Positions 61,131-64,000 of a stretch of 64,000 bases of DNA are shown here, piece after piece. This DNA is from an uncultured Hormoscilla sp. (GTDB taxonomy: Bacteria > Cyanobacteriota > Cyanobacteriia > Cyanobacteriales > Desertifilaceae). Made by a program: the position numbers and the translations under genes. The DNA is taken from NCBI GenBank assembly GCA_963921275.4, contig OZ001293.3, forward strand, positions 5,344,001 through 5,408,000. The letters run 5' to 3'. The notes beneath the pieces are model-generated. The model had not been told where the DNA came from. It saw only the letters and a program-made list of their open reading frames with translations, and made no database searches. The stretch's first letter is position 1. Each line of letters starts with the position of its first letter.

Positions 61131-61418
61131 AAATGGTTGCTTGTGAATGGTAACTACTCGTTGGCAGTCTCGGGCTGGGAACGATGATTGAGAGGCAGAG
61201 CCTCCAGTTTATGATAGCTAGGAAATGATTATACCTTGATGTCTCTGGGGTAGTGCGAATAGCGCGTCCCCTCTGGGAGACATCGAAGTTGGCAGTCTCG
61301 GGCTGGGAACGATTATTTGACCAGTCGCGTTTGAAACCTTGGTGGTAAACTGCCAGATAGCTCTCCCAGCGCAGGATTGGCATAATTTTCTACCTCCATC
61401 AACTATTAAAACAGCCTC

Positions 61419-61861
61419 TTACGTTGGTAGCCCATACAACCAGTTAGTTCGATATAAAGTCAGCACCCATTTATGATGACTCAGACCTAGAAAATTTACT
61501 ATAACTTTAGCATGAGACGATTCGTCAATCTTGAATGATTTAAAAAACATTTGCAGACGTTTATAATTAGAATCAATTTGAGCTTTTCCAGAAAAAGCTG
61601 TCGCAATTTGAACCAAATTTACAGTTTTTACAGCAAATAAAGCTATCAAAAAATTAGACAAGAAGTTAATTCTTGCGGCATGCCATTGAAAAATTTATTT
61701 TAATTCTTTTGAGAGTAAATCAATATGACTCATAATTACAGGTTATGTATGAGGACTTATTCTATCCTAGCATAAGTCACGTAGTAATGTCAAGGTTTTA
61801 CTTGATGTCGCTTGAAATCATTTATTGGTATGGGTTGAGCGCGTTTTGTCCTGTACTGAGG
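61419..61861 (-). mobile_element. IS4-family transposase 5' remnant
   Basis: KTVNLVQIATAFSG..SNYKRLQ..WVLTLYRTNW; end sequence CCTCAGTACAGGAC. Confidence 0.7.
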
Positions 61862-61997
61862 TTACAGCTATACCGCAATAGGCTTCAATTTGCGTTTTTC
61901 TTTCTGCCAAGCTCTAACTTCCAAAACCTTACCCTGTCTTCGTTTAGGCGACAAAATTGCTGCAGCAAAAACCGCAAGTCTATCCCTTTGGGAGTAT

Positions 61998-62868
61998 GTG
62001 CGATTCGTTCTAGCCTAACGTGGTCAAACACGGAACGCTAGCCCGGTTTCATTAGCCGGGAACTCTGACCGCATGGGGGTTAAATTCCCCTCCCCCCAGG
62101 TACGGGGGTGACACCGGTCCTCGGTGCTACGAAGCGACATCATCGTGGTGCTAAGCGAGGACTCAAATGTAGGATAACTGGCAGCCTAAGCCGGTGACGC
62201 CGCTAGGAAAGATATCCAAGGTTAGAGCAGGCAAACATGTGCAAGCCTCGTTATAAGGAACCAGCGAAATAAGGCTATATGCGCTGGCCTAAAAAGGAAA
62301 TGGTAGCTAGTATTAGTTTTAGACTCTGGCTAATATAGTACTCAAATAGCTCCCGGGGTATAGTGTGGACCTAAAGGTATCGCGAAATGTTGTTAGGGAA
62401 CGAAGTAACCTCTCGTGTGCTGTCCATCAGGACAAGTTAGATGTTAAGCGCAAGCCACGGGGGGAGGGATGGCCCAAGAAGCGAATGCCCGGGGTAATTC
62501 CTGGGATAACATCTACAGTAATGTAGATGATGCTGGGTAGCCAGCGCTGACGTGGGTCGGTGATACTAGGAAGCTGCTGGAATGAGTAATCCTAAAAAGC
62601 CACGGAACTAATCCGAAACGCAAGTGGAGGATAAGGTATGGATAACTGGTAAAACTGACTTGAAAATGGTGATACTAACGGTTATCAGAACAACCACTCG
62701 CTAAACCAGGAAAGGGAAGAAAAGACAGGCGGCAAGGGCTAACGGAAGTAATTCCTATTAAGTCTACCTATGAAAAGGGCCTAGTACCCAGTAGCCGGAT
62801 GCGGTGAAAATCGCAAGTCCGGTTCCTCAAGGGAGGGTCGGGAAGCGATTCCCGGCTCGACCCCATCC
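61998..62868 (+). mobile_element. ORF-less group II intron, copy 3 (871 nt)
   Basis: Same sequence as copies 1 and 2, GTGCG...CCCCATCC. Confidence 0.93.
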
Positions 62869-62904
62869 ACCTTGTCCCAGAGTCCCCTGTGAAGTTCAAC
62901 TTGC

Positions 62905-62940
62905 GCTGCCGATCGGGAGGTGAAACTCCCGATCGGCAGC
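62905..62940. repeat. 15-bp perfect hairpin
   Basis: GCTGCCGATCGGGAG / CTCCCGATCGGCAGC. Confidence 0.7.
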
Positions 62941-62984
62941 CTGTAATATTTAGTATAAATGCAATGGCCGAATTTGACTAAACT

Positions 62985-63539
62985 ATGTTAAGCAAAATCT
63001 CTTTGGCAACGGTAGGCTTGATTGTAGGTGGGGTCTTAGTAAGCGGTGGATTAGTCGCCTATTTGCTAGACAATCCCACTCTGAATCTGGCGGGATTCTT
63101 CTATGGCATTCCGCTGCTGCTGGGGGGACTGGCTCTGAAAGCTGCTGAACTGAAGCCAGTCCCCTTTACTCAGCCAACGGATCCCGAGGTGCTGACCCTA
63201 CGTTCGCAGCAGGCTACAGCCACTCAAAATCAGCTGCGCCAGGATGTGACCCGATATCGCTATGGTCAACAAGCCCATTTAGATGATTCTCTCAAGCGCT
63301 TGGGTTTAAGCCTCACTGATTAAGAACGACCGGTACTCGGGGGGTTAACCGAAACTGCGGTTGCAGGTCATTATGCTCTGGTGCTGGAATTTGACTCTCC
63401 TCTGGTTCCCTTTGAAACCTGGCAATTGCAGCGCGAGAAAATCGAAAAATTCTTTGGACCTGGGGTGCGAGTGGATTTGACTAGACCTTCAGAACGTCTT
63501 GTTCACCTGGCTTTGATTGCTACGCCAGAGCCAGTGTAG
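62985..63539 (+). pseudogene. DUF2854 membrane protein with an internal TAA at 63321
   Basis: FFYGIPLLLGGLALK, DVTRYRYGQ; same frame continues ERPVL..FFGPG. Confidence 0.75.
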
Positions 63540-63594
63540 TCAAATAACAATTCAAAATTCTGGCATTGACAACTGACCACTGACAACTGACAAC

Positions 63595-63852
63595 TCACTT
63601 TTCCAGGCGCACAGCATACCACTGTAAAAACTCTCCAGGACCAAGGTCTAATTCGCAGTAAGTTTCCAGTAAATACTGGGCTTGGGATGCGATAGATGTA
63701 AATTTTTGTAGTGAACTGGGCAAATCTTGCTGCCGATGTGCTATAATCAGTTTTAACTTTTTTAGCAGCTCATCGGCGGTGAGGTATTGTTCGGGAAGGT
63801 CAGGCTCTAAAACCACAAAGGCATCCTGTTGGTACATTAAGGGGTCAGGCAT
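63595..63852 (-). CDS. Chlororespiratory reduction protein 7 (CRR7) homologue
   Basis: FVVLEPD..EQYLT; QWYAVRLEK. Confidence 0.85.
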   Translation of the reverse strand: MPDPLMYQQDAFVVLEPDLPEQYLTADELLKKLKLIIAHRQQDLPSSLQKFTSIASQAQYLLETYCELDLGPGEFLQWYAVRLEK

Positions 63853-64000
63853 TTGGTCTCCTTGTCTGGGTAAGTTTGGCAGCTGCCAGATGAGAAAAAT
63901 TACTCAACTACAGGAGGCGAACCACCACGGCTGCGATAACTAGCGGTCTCGGATGGGTAACTCAACTGGCGAACCGGCGTCGGTTTGATGAATATCTGCT

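Noticed and set aside
61160..61313. 26-nt direct repeats read as a target duplication around a hairpin element
   Set aside because: Each repeat is itself an imperfect hairpin of the CGTT..CAG..CTGGGAACG family, so two repeat copies are the simpler explanation.

Overview
Chromosomal window from a cyanobacterium. Evidence: abundant HIP1 GCGATCGC, petH/prk, ndhB, CRR7, xisH/xisI and Uma2. It is probably a filamentous Oscillatoriales-type strain undergoing genome erosion; a host-associated lifestyle is my inference. Core genes look intact (trmL, petH, prk, acs, speY, cobO, sbcC, fur, ndhB). Many accessory genes are broken by single-base stops, frameshifts, deletions and IS fragments (gshA, a chlH paralogue, signalling kinases, a cis-AT PKS module, toxin-antitoxin loci). 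The most striking features are non-coding. (1) A family of ~45-nt hairpin elements with a conserved core (GCGCTANTCGCACTAC) and co-varying arms forms a correctly ordered 8-layer nest at 59871-60230. (2) Three near-identical 871-nt ORF-less group II introns (17342-18212 +, 20297-21167 -, 61998-62868 +) end in ...CATCC rather than AY; one splits a tandem DUF433 gene. (3) Small palindromic elements sit in frame inside cbbY and a LysM gene, one of them inserted at a HIP1 site. All family calls come from motif recognition by eye; no database search was run.
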